64,000 nucleotides of DNA, taken from a virus (taxonomy: Duplodnaviria > Caudoviricetes). Positions within the stretch are counted from its first letter, which is position 1. Each line of letters starts with the position of its first letter. Made by a program: the position numbers and the translations under genes. The stretch is taken from IMG/VR virus record IMGVR_UViG_3300026094_000002; one strand, 5' to 3'. Below are positions 8,886-18,044 of the stretch, one piece after another. Under the pieces are notes generated by a model. That model was not told the origin of the DNA. It worked only from the letters and a program-made list of their open reading frames with translations, and ran no database searches.

Positions 8886-10685
8886 ATCTCCGTATATTAT
8901 TGCATCACCAATATGGTCATATTCTCCAGTAATACACTCATTGGTATAGGCATCCATATGCTTGGCAATTGATCTTCCTGTCAGTGTCGTAGATTGTCCA
9001 ATACGCTTATCAAAAAATCTACATCCCGGGTTTAGAATGGCACCATAGAGAGAGTTAAGATTAATCTTCTTAACCAACTGTCGCTTATCCCAATATTCAG
9101 TATCAGCTTCTGTGTTGGCCTCACCTAATTTTTTCTGTAACTCTTTTCTTTCTGCATACCATCTCTGCAAAAGACCGGGTATAACGCCATCAAACTCATA
9201 TGTAAAAATGGTTCCATTGGCACTTAATGCCCATGGTTTGTTTGAATCAAAAATTAACTTCCAAATTTCTGCAGCACTATATGTTTCTGATTCACCTGAC
9301 TCCCAGTCAATAGTAATTTCGGTTCCTATTTCTTGATCCATAACTGCAGTATATTCTAAGGTAGCAAAAAGTCCCTCCCATGCAGCAGCAAATCCCATTC
9401 CTTTTTCCATGCGACTTTTTATTAATTGGTCAGTCATAATAGGACGAAGTTGACCTGCGATTGTTTCTGGACCCATGTTCAACGCCCGAATGACTGATGG
9501 GTACAGACTGTTAATATCAACAGAACCAATCCAATCATGCATTCCACGCTTCGGGTGTGCCACATATGCACCAGCGGCTTGCATTTCTTCAGTAGATAAA
9601 TCTTTTTTACGGTTGGGAACTACTAGTCCCCTTTCATGTGCTTCGTTAATAATTGCCTGTTCTGTAACGGCAACAGCACCCATTGTAGTAGGTAGAAGAA
9701 CAGTGTTTTCGTGTGCTAGTTTGTTTGCAAGATCTAAGAATCTTAACTTTTTGTCAATCTGTGCAAGGCCACGAACATCCTGTCTATTATATTCAATGAA
9801 TGTTTCAAAGTTTTGATTATATAGTTGATCAAGAGTCCCTTCATATACAGTTTTGGAGCCAAGATCTTCGTAATCCAATATGGCATCAAGACTGTAACTA
9901 TGCCTTTCTTCGTATGTGTATTTCCGATACAACTGCATATAGTCCATATGCACCCGACCAACAAGGTCAAATGTAACTTGTTCAGCACCGAACCTTTCAA
10001 ACTCTCTTTGCTTTGGCAATTGATCCCATAGACATAGTTTTCGCGTATCATCTTTGCTTAGGACTTTTGTTATACGAAGGACAGTGTATGGAATATCATA
10101 TCCCTCTGAGTTCCACCCAGAGAGAACATCGGCATCTTGAATAACTTCTAAAAACGCCTCAAGTAAATCTTCTTCACGCTCAAACATAAACGTGTCGTCA
10201 AACTTATCACCGATTTCTGTTGCAGTCTCCATACTCATATGCTTTGGTGGCATAGCAAACGTTACCAATCTGTCTAGCCAGTCTAGGTAAACGGTAATGG
10301 CAGTGATAGGCGTGAATGGATCGTCTGGACGCGAGTAACCCCGCTCGGGATCAAAATCAACCTCAATGTCAAAAAATGCAGTATGAAGAGTTGGTGCTTC
10401 AGCGTTTAAATAATTATCTGCTAAACACCGAAACACAGGGTTAATATCAGCCTCATACAACTGTTTTCCAGCGTGTGAGTTTTGCTCTCTTCTAAATTCT
10501 TTATTGCTTTTTGTGCTGAATCGGCTTACAGGAGTGCCGTAAATGCTACGGAACTTTCCTTTTGGGTCATCATAGTAAAACACATAAGAGGCTGGATATT
10601 CTGTATAATATCTTTCATTACCTTCTCTGCCGACTACGTGAATGCGATCTCGTTTACGATCAAATAAACAATCAATATAAGACAT
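8508..10685 (-). CDS. polB: family B DNA polymerase, N-terminal half (3'-5' exonuclease, motifs A and B), fused to split-intein N fragment
   Basis: FFDIEVD, GWNSEGYDIPY, YNRQDV, DINSLYPS, KINLNSLYGA, then IIYGD|SVTGDT. Confidence 0.95.
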   Translation of the reverse strand: MSYIDCLFDRKRDRIHVVGREGNERYYTEYPASYVFYYDDPKGKFRSIYGTPVSRFSTKSNKEFRREQNSHAGKQLYEADINPVFRCLADNYLNAEAPTLHTAFFDIEVDFDPERGYSRPDDPFTPITAITVYLDWLDRLVTFAMPPKHMSMETATEIGDKFDDTFMFEREEDLLEAFLEVIQDADVLSGWNSEGYDIPYTVLRITKVLSKDDTRKLCLWDQLPKQREFERFGAEQVTFDLVGRVHMDYMQLYRKYTYEERHSYSLDAILDYEDLGSKTVYEGTLDQLYNQNFETFIEYNRQDVRGLAQIDKKLRFLDLANKLAHENTVLLPTTMGAVAVTEQAIINEAHERGLVVPNRKKDLSTEEMQAAGAYVAHPKRGMHDWIGSVDINSLYPSVIRALNMGPETIAGQLRPIMTDQLIKSRMEKGMGFAAAWEGLFATLEYTAVMDQEIGTEITIDWESGESETYSAAEIWKLIFDSNKPWALSANGTIFTYEFDGVIPGLLQRWYAERKELQKKLGEANTEADTEYWDKRQLVKKINLNSLYGAILNPGCRFFDKRIGQSTTLTGRSIAKHMDAYTNECITGEYDHIGDAIIYGDSVTGDTLIKISDGSSIPIEKLFNQISYKVIQDGNKEYAIPTSDYDSYEVLGYNSHDDQAVWRKISYVMRHETKKKKYKVTSETGKEIIVTEDHSLIIDRDGFTLEVSPLELKTDDYLITYTDEKN

Positions 10686-10697
10686 TCTTATCCTTTT

Positions 10698-10747
10698 GTC
10701 GCTTATGGCCGACTAATACCATGATTCATATTCGTAATGTGAGCGAC
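10698..10747 (-). promoter_or_regulatory. structured 5' leader of the polymerase mRNA
   Basis: GTCGCT/AGCGAC stem enclosing two hairpins, directly followed by the AAAAGGA Shine-Dalgarno. Confidence 0.4.
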
Positions 10748-10767
10748 CCAATATAATGCGTGTTAAT

Positions 10768-11025
10768 TTAAAGAGTTTTGCCAGCAGTAGTTAGGATTGT
10801 TTCAACAAGTTCATGATCTTCTTGTTCTTGTGTGAAACTTGCTTTATGTGCAAGGCGAATGGCCTTCTTGAGAACAGACGGCTTAATATCAAGTTCTTCT
10901 GCAACTGCTTTAACAGTATCAGTAAGGCCAGAGTTAAGGGATTCAACTTCGTGCATGACTTGCATGCCTTCATTGATAATTTGAACAATCTTGGTTTTTT
11001 GCTCTTGGTCGAAGTGGTGTGACAT
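10768..11025 (-). CDS. dsbA: T4 DsbA-like double-stranded DNA binding protein
   Basis: 85 aa helical; DTVKAVAEELDIKPSVLKKAIRLAHK pattern; upstream of the polymerase. Confidence 0.65.
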   Translation of the reverse strand: MSHHFDQEQKTKIVQIINEGMQVMHEVESLNSGLTDTVKAVAEELDIKPSVLKKAIRLAHKASFTQEQEDHELVETILTTAGKTL

Positions 11026-11057
11026 ATTTTTCCTCTTATCAGTAATATAATTGCAAG

Positions 11058-11086
11058 AGTATATAGTATTGTGTTAATAATGTCAA
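11058..11086 (-). promoter_or_regulatory. sigma70-type promoter of the replication operon
   Basis: TTGACA-N17-TATACT. Confidence 0.8.
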
Positions 11087-11103
11087 TTGATTTTTTAGTG
11101 AAT

Positions 11104-11191
11104 AAAGTGCTCACTTTGTAAAACAGGGTAGCAGTCTATTTTACTGGCAGCAGCCGCCTTTTCACAACCCAAACGGTCCTAAGGGTTGAAA
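11104..11191 (-). ncRNA. candidate structured non-coding RNA
   Basis: GC-richer intergenic run of hairpins: CAACCC/GGGTTG, GGC..GCC, GTAAAATAG/CTGTTTTAC, AAAGT/ACTTT. Confidence 0.4.
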
Positions 11192-11437
11192 CTATGAATA
11201 TCTTAAAAGCCAATATGTGTGTAACTGATCAAGTATGTTTTGCATTGCAGGATCTGTTTTTGCCAATTCAGAAATTTTTAGAAATGTTTCGTAATCTATT
11301 TTTTGTTCGTTTGTGGTGACAGATATTTTTTTGCGTAAACTACTTCCCGGTTCCCGACGATAAACAGTTCGCCCACCATCTGTACTTTCATAGATGTAAC
11401 GGATTTTTTCTGATGTTGGAGTGCCAACCTGTGCCAT
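11192..11437 (-). CDS. hypothetical phage protein
   Basis: YIYESTDGGRTVYRREPG motif; in operon. Confidence 0.6.
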   Translation of the reverse strand: MAQVGTPTSEKIRYIYESTDGGRTVYRREPGSSLRKKISVTTNEQKIDYETFLKISELAKTDPAMQNILDQLHTYWLLRYS

Positions 11438-11443
11438 AATAAA

Positions 11444-11929
11444 TTAATCTGTTGCTTTACTGGTGGTCAAATAGACTTTTATTTTGGGTTCTGGCTTAGA
11501 TTTTTCTTTTGCATTTTGTTTAATTTTGGTTGCCATTTTTTCTGCACGATTCATTGCAATAGGTGAAAAATCTGATTCACCGGGAATAACTTTCCACACT
11601 TTGCCATTTATTTCTATAGCAACATTTTTTGGTTTGCCACGCATTTGGGAAGCCTCGTTCATCCCACGCTGGGATTTAAGTTGGTCTAACTCTTGTTGAA
11701 TGCGATCAATTGTTTGCTCAGCAGTTTCATTTTCTTGACTTAATCGTGATATGTCACGGCGATCCATTTTCTGACTTCTGTCAAAGTCATATAATAAGGC
11801 TTCAAGATCATTTTGAGCACCGGGATTTCTAACCCGCAATTGGCGAAGAATACGCTCCATACGATCAGATGTTGCTACACCAGTCGCTGGACTTTTTTCT
11901 TCGTCTTCAAAAAGGTCTTGTATATTCAT
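11444..11929 (-). CDS. late protein with MNIQDLFE leader
   Basis: TAAATA at 11951-11956; leader shared with other late genes. Confidence 0.65.
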   Translation of the reverse strand: MNIQDLFEDEEKSPATGVATSDRMERILRQLRVRNPGAQNDLEALLYDFDRSQKMDRRDISRLSQENETAEQTIDRIQQELDQLKSQRGMNEASQMRGKPKNVAIEINGKVWKVIPGESDFSPIAMNRAEKMATKIKQNAKEKSKPEPKIKVYLTTSKATD

Positions 11930-13106
11930 ACTTGTGTTCTTTGATTGTGGTATTTAGTTTTCTTTTTCTTCCAAATGTACTCTTTTTTGAAGACGAGTAA
12001 ATTTTTTTGTATTCGTAATTTTGAGGACAAAATTTACATTGTGGAATGTGATTTTTTAAATTGCCAACAAACTCTGATAGTTGTTCATCTGTCATATCAA
12101 TGTGTCCCACTGGGGCTGTATAAATTAATTCTCTATCTTTTTCTGACAAATCTAAATTAAATTGTTTATCAAATTCACTAAAAATTACTGAGGTTCCACA
12201 CTTGTTTAGTTTTCCATTTATGAAGTGATGAGAATGTTTGGTGTGGCAAATTTCATGTGCTTTTACTGGATCGCTGTCATGTAGTGTAAAACTATTTGTT
12301 TCCGGCTTAATTTTTAATGCTCCTTGATGAAAAAAATCTTCTAAGCAAATTTTTACTTTGACGTGGTTTTTATCAATTATTAAATATTCAGTCTGGTGAT
12401 GCTTTTCTTCATCTACATTAAAATCATATCGCTCTGTTGCTTCTTTTTTAAATCTTTCTTCAAGATTGTTCCATTCATTCATTGATGTGATTTTTGATAC
12501 CCATTCTTTACTTGGCTTTATTTGTTGGTAACGATCATTAATGCTTTTCCAAAAATAAAATGTTTTTACTAAAAACTCTAATTCATGATGAAACATTTTA
12601 TTTAATTCAGGCAATCCAGAGCAAATATCATTTGTATGAGTTAATTTTGGGAGAAAATCATATGCGGGTGTTTGAAAGATTTTAACTGGATGATGCAAAA
12701 ATGAAAGAACTGTTTCTAATATGTGATCACGACGATCTACATTATGCAGTCCAATGCTAACATTTGTTTTGTTTTCTAATAAAGTTTTATACAGTTCTTG
12801 GTTAAATTTTTTTTCATAGCTTCCATTAGTCACCAGCGTTGCATTATTAGTTTCTCCCCATAGATGTCTAATTCCCGAAATCCATTCAAGTAGGTCTGGG
12901 TTGCTCATTGGCTCACCACCTAAAATATAATAATCATTAAATTTTAGTCTTTTTGACCACTTTTCGTAAATGTCTTTATAATCACTCCATCGTTGATGAC
13001 CAGTAAATGCATAATTGTTGAACCTATTACAGCCTTCACAATTAAAATTACAGGTATGCGTTATATAAAACTCTACATAGTCAATGAATTCTCTATTATC
13101 AGACAT
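11907..13106 (-). CDS. radical SAM protein
   Basis: CNFNCEGC, LGGEPM, VTNGS, C-terminal CH..C..CKFC; AT-rich. Confidence 0.85.
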   Translation of the reverse strand: MSDNREFIDYVEFYITHTCNFNCEGCNRFNNYAFTGHQRWSDYKDIYEKWSKRLKFNDYYILGGEPMSNPDLLEWISGIRHLWGETNNATLVTNGSYEKKFNQELYKTLLENKTNVSIGLHNVDRRDHILETVLSFLHHPVKIFQTPAYDFLPKLTHTNDICSGLPELNKMFHHELEFLVKTFYFWKSINDRYQQIKPSKEWVSKITSMNEWNNLEERFKKEATERYDFNVDEEKHHQTEYLIIDKNHVKVKICLEDFFHQGALKIKPETNSFTLHDSDPVKAHEICHTKHSHHFINGKLNKCGTSVIFSEFDKQFNLDLSEKDRELIYTAPVGHIDMTDEQLSEFVGNLKNHIPQCKFCPQNYEYKKIYSSSKKSTFGRKRKLNTTIKEHKYEYTRPF

Positions 13107-13115
13107 TTATGACAT

Positions 13116-13937
13116 TTACATGTTGTTTGTAGATTTGCGAGAAACATATGCCTCACAAGCCTTTGCCGCCTCGTCTAATTCAGAAAACGTGCTTTTGGCT
13201 GGTTTTCCTTTAATAGAAATACGAAAACCATCATCTTCATTGCCATGAATCTTAATTTCCTGACCATCATCTGTAGTGTAAGTTTTAACAGATGGTCCGA
13301 TGCTGCCGGGGTCTGTTCTTGATACTTCGGCACTTTTTAGCTCAGCATCTTTATTAATAGTACTTGCCAAACTGTCAAGATAATCGCCTAACTGCATGGG
13401 TTGATCAGAAACAACATCTTCTTGCGTCTGCATATTTTCAGATCTTTCTAAATTTTTCTCAATGCTGCTAACCCATCCTGAAACATCAGAGGAACCGATT
13501 TCATCCAAATCATTCATCATTTCTGCTATGGAATCAACTTCACTCATTACTGCTTCTGGTCCATACTTACTTAAAAGATCAACATGTTTCATGGCTATTC
13601 TGCGTATGATTGCATTTTTAACTGCTTCGGTTGTATCATTGCTACTATCGTGTTCGCTTTCGCCACCAACAAAGTACCCTTTAGTAGGATGGTCTTTCTC
13701 TGGCTCACCAATTACTGGAGAAATGTTTTCAGGCTCAAAATCGCCCGGCAGTTGGTTTGCCTCCGGTACTTGTCTTGCCTCTTGGGTTGCCCTACCTTCA
13801 GTAAGTGTATCAAAACGATTCAAGATATTAGTAATATCTTTTGTACCATCTTCGCTCATAGATTTATTATTATCTACTTTTTTGCCATTAGAAATATCAT
13901 CTAGGGCATTAATTGCATTATAAATTGGATCAGTCAT
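13116..13937 (-). CDS. acidic modular late protein
   Basis: TAAATA 5 nt upstream; internal LTE/TTE/TQE junctions. Confidence 0.65.
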   Translation of the reverse strand: MTDPIYNAINALDDISNGKKVDNNKSMSEDGTKDITNILNRFDTLTEGRATQEARQVPEANQLPGDFEPENISPVIGEPEKDHPTKGYFVGGESEHDSSNDTTEAVKNAIIRRIAMKHVDLLSKYGPEAVMSEVDSIAEMMNDLDEIGSSDVSGWVSSIEKNLERSENMQTQEDVVSDQPMQLGDYLDSLASTINKDAELKSAEVSRTDPGSIGPSVKTYTTDDGQEIKIHGNEDDGFRISIKGKPAKSTFSELDEAAKACEAYVSRKSTNNM

Positions 13938-14097
13938 AGTATTATTTATGTTATATTTTAAAAAGTTCTTGTGAATTCCTTATCACTTATTAATATAACT
14001 TTAACTTTCCCTAACATTCGACTCGCCAAGCCAAATTCTTTTCTATATGGACTTCGTATATATTTGCAAAATTCATTTTTTCTTTACTTTATATTGC

Positions 14098-15333
14098 CTA
14101 TAATTCCTGAAACAGTTTTCGGAGAGTTTTTTTATTTTTATTATTTTCGTTTAAAAATGTTTCTCTGTTATGAATTAGTTTTTTTCTAACAGATCTTAAT
14201 TTATGATCTTTTTCTTTTGGTAATAAATTTGAAAACTGACGCATGTTTTCTAAAATTATTTCAATTCTCTTTTCTACATCTGTTTCATAATCATAATCTT
14301 CATCAAATAATTCTGGGAATGTATAATATCCTTGTTTTCTCAAATACTCTAACAATCTAGGGCACCCTAGAACCATAAAAGGATGAAGATTTACGATTGG
14401 CTTAAATGTTTTTTCAGTTACAAAAATACCGTCTTGCACACAAGTTTCAGTAACCATACTATAATAGCTATTACAGTAAAGATTTTTGTCTTTTTTTCTA
14501 TCATCTTCAATTAAAGTATCTGTAGATACATCCAAAACACATGGTTCCCAATTTTTAAAATAAGTCTCAAGATAATGAGATTTTTCTGGATTGTTTTTGA
14601 TATAATCATGTGCTTCATCAAAATAATTTTTATTAAAATTACGTTCTAAAGCACTAATATATCCTATTTTATCTAATTTGTTTCTTTTCAATTCCGAGTG
14701 AAAAAGAATTCTGGGTGGTCGCATACTACCATTGAAACAAAGATAATCTTTGTGTTTAATTTTAAAAATGTCTTCAATTTTTATTTCTTCTTCACATTTA
14801 TCTGAGTGTGTTCGTATTTTGTAATCATCTGCATAACTGTACTGCCAATAATCAATACCTATCGTTTTATCCCAAAAATTTTTAGATTTTGATTGGTTGT
14901 ATAAAGATTCAATTTCTAAGTTGCCGAAAATTAATATTTTATTGGCATTTTCTAAATCATTATTTCTAAATGACAATTCCAAATTGTCTGACCAATCATT
15001 CAACATTAAATCAAATCCTTCATAAGGAAAAAATATTAATATATCAATTTTTTTATCTCGTAAGAGAACTTTGGTTTGTTCTGGTATGACATCAAATAAT
15101 GATCTTAATCCGTCTTTACCGCCTTTTGGCAAAAAATTTTCTACGGGATATATATTTTTCTCTCCTTCAACTGGAAAATCAACTCCTATTTGATTAATAG
15201 AGTATGGTATATCTAATGCTTTTAACTCTCTATGAATTTCACTGTTAGGGAGATTCATAACAGAATGATCAGAAAGATTTTTGATTATATTATCGGAATT
15301 ATGAACTTCGTTATCAAAAAATAAATTAATCAT
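14098..15333 (-). CDS. AT-rich glycosyltransferase-like protein (start likely 15333; ORF extends to 15390)
   Basis: YLCFN..RPPR, YSMVTET..FVTEKTFKPI..HPFMVLG..LRKQGY pattern typical of GT-B-like phage proteins. Confidence 0.45.
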   Translation of the reverse strand: MINLFFDNEVHNSDNIIKNLSDHSVMNLPNSEIHRELKALDIPYSINQIGVDFPVEGEKNIYPVENFLPKGGKDGLRSLFDVIPEQTKVLLRDKKIDILIFFPYEGFDLMLNDWSDNLELSFRNNDLENANKILIFGNLEIESLYNQSKSKNFWDKTIGIDYWQYSYADDYKIRTHSDKCEEEIKIEDIFKIKHKDYLCFNGSMRPPRILFHSELKRNKLDKIGYISALERNFNKNYFDEAHDYIKNNPEKSHYLETYFKNWEPCVLDVSTDTLIEDDRKKDKNLYCNSYYSMVTETCVQDGIFVTEKTFKPIVNLHPFMVLGCPRLLEYLRKQGYYTFPELFDEDYDYETDVEKRIEIILENMRQFSNLLPKEKDHKLRSVRKKLIHNRETFLNENNKNKKTLRKLFQEL

Positions 15334-15334
15334 A

Positions 15335-15796
15335 TTATAGCGATATTTTTTCAACTCTAGTTCGAGTATTTCTTGTAATAGGATCACCATAAAAATCAGG
15401 AAGTGCTCTAGTAAGGAATGGAGAGATGCTTATTCTTGTTAAAAATTCCCAGTCTGTGATATTATAACTTGATAATTCTCTAGCAAAATGTGTACATACT
15501 CCATAATGAAATCCTGTATAATTAAGATGGTTTATCTTTTCTTCTTTTAAATACTTTTCAAGGTCATCTTTATTGGTTGTAATGAAATCAAAATTAACAT
15601 CTAGATAAGGATGGGTATGTTTCAAATAATTTATTTCAATTATTTTAGAACCCTTGCTTTGTAAGTCTTTTAACCTGCTATTAAGATAAAGCACAAAATA
15701 ATTATTAGTTTTTTCTTCGTCAAAATAAGCATAAGATGCTTTAGGATCGCAAACGTCCATCACAACAATAGCGAGTTTTTGATAATCAATATCCAT
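15335..15796 (-). CDS. possible isochorismatase/cysteine hydrolase-fold protein
   Basis: LAIVVMD near the start and YTGFHYGVC later. Confidence 0.35.
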   Translation of the reverse strand: MDIDYQKLAIVVMDVCDPKASYAYFDEEKTNNYFVLYLNSRLKDLQSKGSKIIEINYLKHTHPYLDVNFDFITTNKDDLEKYLKEEKINHLNYTGFHYGVCTHFARELSSYNITDWEFLTRISISPFLTRALPDFYGDPITRNTRTRVEKISL

Positions 15797-16208
15797 GTGT
15801 ACGTGCGTTATTCAGTACTCTTTTTATTGCAGCAACATGGCTTTGGATATAATCGTGCTCGCTTTCAAGGTTCATCATCTTAGCCATTGCCATTATTTGT
15901 TCTGCTAAATTTTCAGCCATCATCACATCTTCTTGAGTGGCTGATTTCATTTCTTTAACGGTGTGTTTTTCCAGATAAAAAAGAACATCTTGCATTTTTG
16001 CTGTTCTTCTTGCTAAATCCATATCATCTACACGATCTTCAATGTCATTATATAGTTTAGTTGCACTGGGACACATATCATAATGGCGTGTTTGATAGTC
16101 ATCTACAACAATTTCGCCTGAATCTGAAGTTTCATCATTCTGCGAATCATCGTTTTCGCATATTATGTTTAATTTTTCGTCTAAATTTCTGAAAAAATCA
16201 CTACTCAT
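15786..16208 (-). CDS. hypothetical late protein with FRNLDEKLNIICE leader
   Basis: Operon context and leader motif. Confidence 0.6.
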   Translation of the reverse strand: MSSDFFRNLDEKLNIICENDDSQNDETSDSGEIVVDDYQTRHYDMCPSATKLYNDIEDRVDDMDLARRTAKMQDVLFYLEKHTVKEMKSATQEDVMMAENLAEQIMAMAKMMNLESEHDYIQSHVAAIKRVLNNARTHGY

Positions 16209-16219
16209 CGTTGTCGTTC

Positions 16220-17266
16220 CTATGACTTGTTTTTAACATTTTTGGCTTTGCCTTCACGATCTGGATTGGGGTCTTTTCTTCTTTTTCTTTTAACCGCTCT
16301 TGCAATACCGGCTTTGCCATCTTTTTTACCATCATCGTTGGCATCAGAATTTCTCAAACTTGCGGCTTTGCTTTTACTTAAACACTTGGGTTTGGCTCTG
16401 CCATCGGTTTCACCACATTTGCCGATACGCTCACCTTTGCTATTATAAGCATCCCAGCCGCCACCACCGGCACCACCTTTTTTACCATCACCAAACCATT
16501 TTTTTAGATCTTCTGTTAGTTCATCCATAGATATTAATTCGTTATCATATTTAAAGTAGAGAATTTCACCAAACTCATCAATATCATCATAAAAATCTGC
16601 TTGTAAATAATATTTACCGGGTTCACCGTGCGTTGTATTGTTATCTAAGACATCCATGCCAATACCGAACCTATCTGCTAAGTTAGATACTTTGTCCCAA
16701 TCAAACTTTTTCTTAAAGTTTACTATAGCAATCGCACCTTCATCGTCTACCTCAATGCCTTCTTTTTTGACACAATTAGGAACACGCTTTCCATAATGGG
16801 TCTTCATACCTTTTTTTTCATAGCCTTTCTGGCAGCGAGTACCTTCAGTGATTTCTATGCCCTTCTCATCTTTTGCAATGTCAATAAGACGTAACTTTGT
16901 TAAAATGTCTTTATTTTCTTGTTTTAATTCGTCTGAGAGGCCGTGCTTTTGGGGATCAAAATCTAAAGAAACGCCTCTTTTTTTCTGGGCTATGTCTGCT
17001 ATCTCTTTTCTTCGGGACAAGAGTTCTTTTTCAAGATTAAGCAATTCTTTTTCATCCATACTTCTGTATGGTGCCAATTCGGCGTCTCTTTGTTGCCCTC
17101 TTTTTTCTCTTTCTTCTTCGCCCTTTCTTAAGCCAGCACTGTATCCTTTGACATACTCACTGGCTTCGGGTCCATATTTGGCAGATGCTCTGGGATCTCG
17201 CTGTCCTCGCATCCCGTCCGAGACACCTGCACTATATGCACTTTCAAAAAGTTCGTTAATTTTCAC
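16220..17266 (-). CDS. modular late protein (GTG start at 17266, MKINELFE leader)
   Basis: Contains short basic Cys-pair modules (CQKGY..PNC; CG..PKCL) separated by xxE sites. Confidence 0.65.
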   Translation of the reverse strand: MKINELFESAYSAGVSDGMRGQRDPRASAKYGPEASEYVKGYSAGLRKGEEEREKRGQQRDAELAPYRSMDEKELLNLEKELLSRRKEIADIAQKKRGVSLDFDPQKHGLSDELKQENKDILTKLRLIDIAKDEKGIEITEGTRCQKGYEKKGMKTHYGKRVPNCVKKEGIEVDDEGAIAIVNFKKKFDWDKVSNLADRFGIGMDVLDNNTTHGEPGKYYLQADFYDDIDEFGEILYFKYDNELISMDELTEDLKKWFGDGKKGGAGGGGWDAYNSKGERIGKCGETDGRAKPKCLSKSKAASLRNSDANDDGKKDGKAGIARAVKRKRRKDPNPDREGKAKNVKNKS

Positions 17267-17267
17267 G

Positions 17268-17528
17268 TTAGTCGTCCTTGTTGCCCCAATTCTCAGCACC
17301 AACTTTTCTGCATTGTACTAACGCACCCGATGCATAAGCACTTGGCCAAACTTTGTAGCGTGATTTTACTTTGTGATAGCAAGCGTCTTTTTCACCAGCA
17401 GCCTCATCAAACTCTTCTTCTGTTAGAAGTGCGTCTTCATATAAAACTTGACCACTCTCGGTTATGTTTTCGCCCTCTGTGAGATTGTCTAATTTATCCA
17501 TTAAATTTTTAATGTCATTGCTACTCAT
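17268..17528 (-). CDS. small protein with DACYHKVKSRYKVWPSAYASGALVQCRK module
   Basis: Module I recognise from T4-like aquatic phage proteins; leader DIKNLMDKLDNLTE. Confidence 0.7.
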   Translation of the reverse strand: MSSNDIKNLMDKLDNLTEGENITESGQVLYEDALLTEEEFDEAAGEKDACYHKVKSRYKVWPSAYASGALVQCRKVGAENWGNKDD

Positions 17529-17537
17529 AATTTTTCC

Positions 17538-17984
17538 TTAAGTTCTATTCTCTTTGAGCATACTCTGAATCATCCAGCGATATTTCATCATGACGTGAAT
17601 GCGTTCAGATACAAACCCTGACGATGGATCAGAATTTTCTTGTTCGGGTGCAAATGCAACTATTTCGTTAGCCAACTCTAACAGAATATCAATATCATTT
17701 TTTATTTCTGAGAGCATTATTCTGGCTCGTGGTATTTTTGTCTGACCATTAATGCGACTTAACTCTAAAAATCTCTCAAAACTTCCCGGAGCATATCCTC
17801 CTAACATTCTGATATGTTCTGCAGTCTGGTCAACGGCATTATTAAAGATATCTTCATAAAGTTCCTGAAAAAAATCATGTAATTGTTTGAATTCAGGTCC
17901 TTCTACATTCCAGTGAAAAAAGTGACACTTTGCCATAAAAGCATATTGTGAAGACAGAAATTGTTTTAGTTTATCTATGTACAT
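17538..17984 (-). CDS. dps: Dps/ferritin-like protein
   Basis: HFFHWNVEG..LHDFFQELYE..DQTAEHIRMLG ferroxidase signature. Confidence 0.88.
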   Translation of the reverse strand: MYIDKLKQFLSSQYAFMAKCHFFHWNVEGPEFKQLHDFFQELYEDIFNNAVDQTAEHIRMLGGYAPGSFERFLELSRINGQTKIPRARIMLSEIKNDIDILLELANEIVAFAPEQENSDPSSGFVSERIHVMMKYRWMIQSMLKENRT

Positions 17985-18044
17985 TTTTGCTGCAATTTGC
18001 GTATGGGGTATTTATGATAAAACTACACATTTTAATTGTAGTTC

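Noticed and set aside
7217-8890. Target-site duplication (GATAGT at both junctions)
   Set aside because: Explained by Asp-Ser codons required at both sites; inteins do not create duplications
7362-13106. Viperin-like antiviral enzymes
   Set aside because: They lack the CNYxCxFCFH-type motif and instead have C-terminal auxiliary Cys clusters
13949-14097. Open stretch EFCKYIRSPYRKEFG.. as a small gene
   Set aside because: Preceded by an in-frame stop with no credible start; at most a remnant
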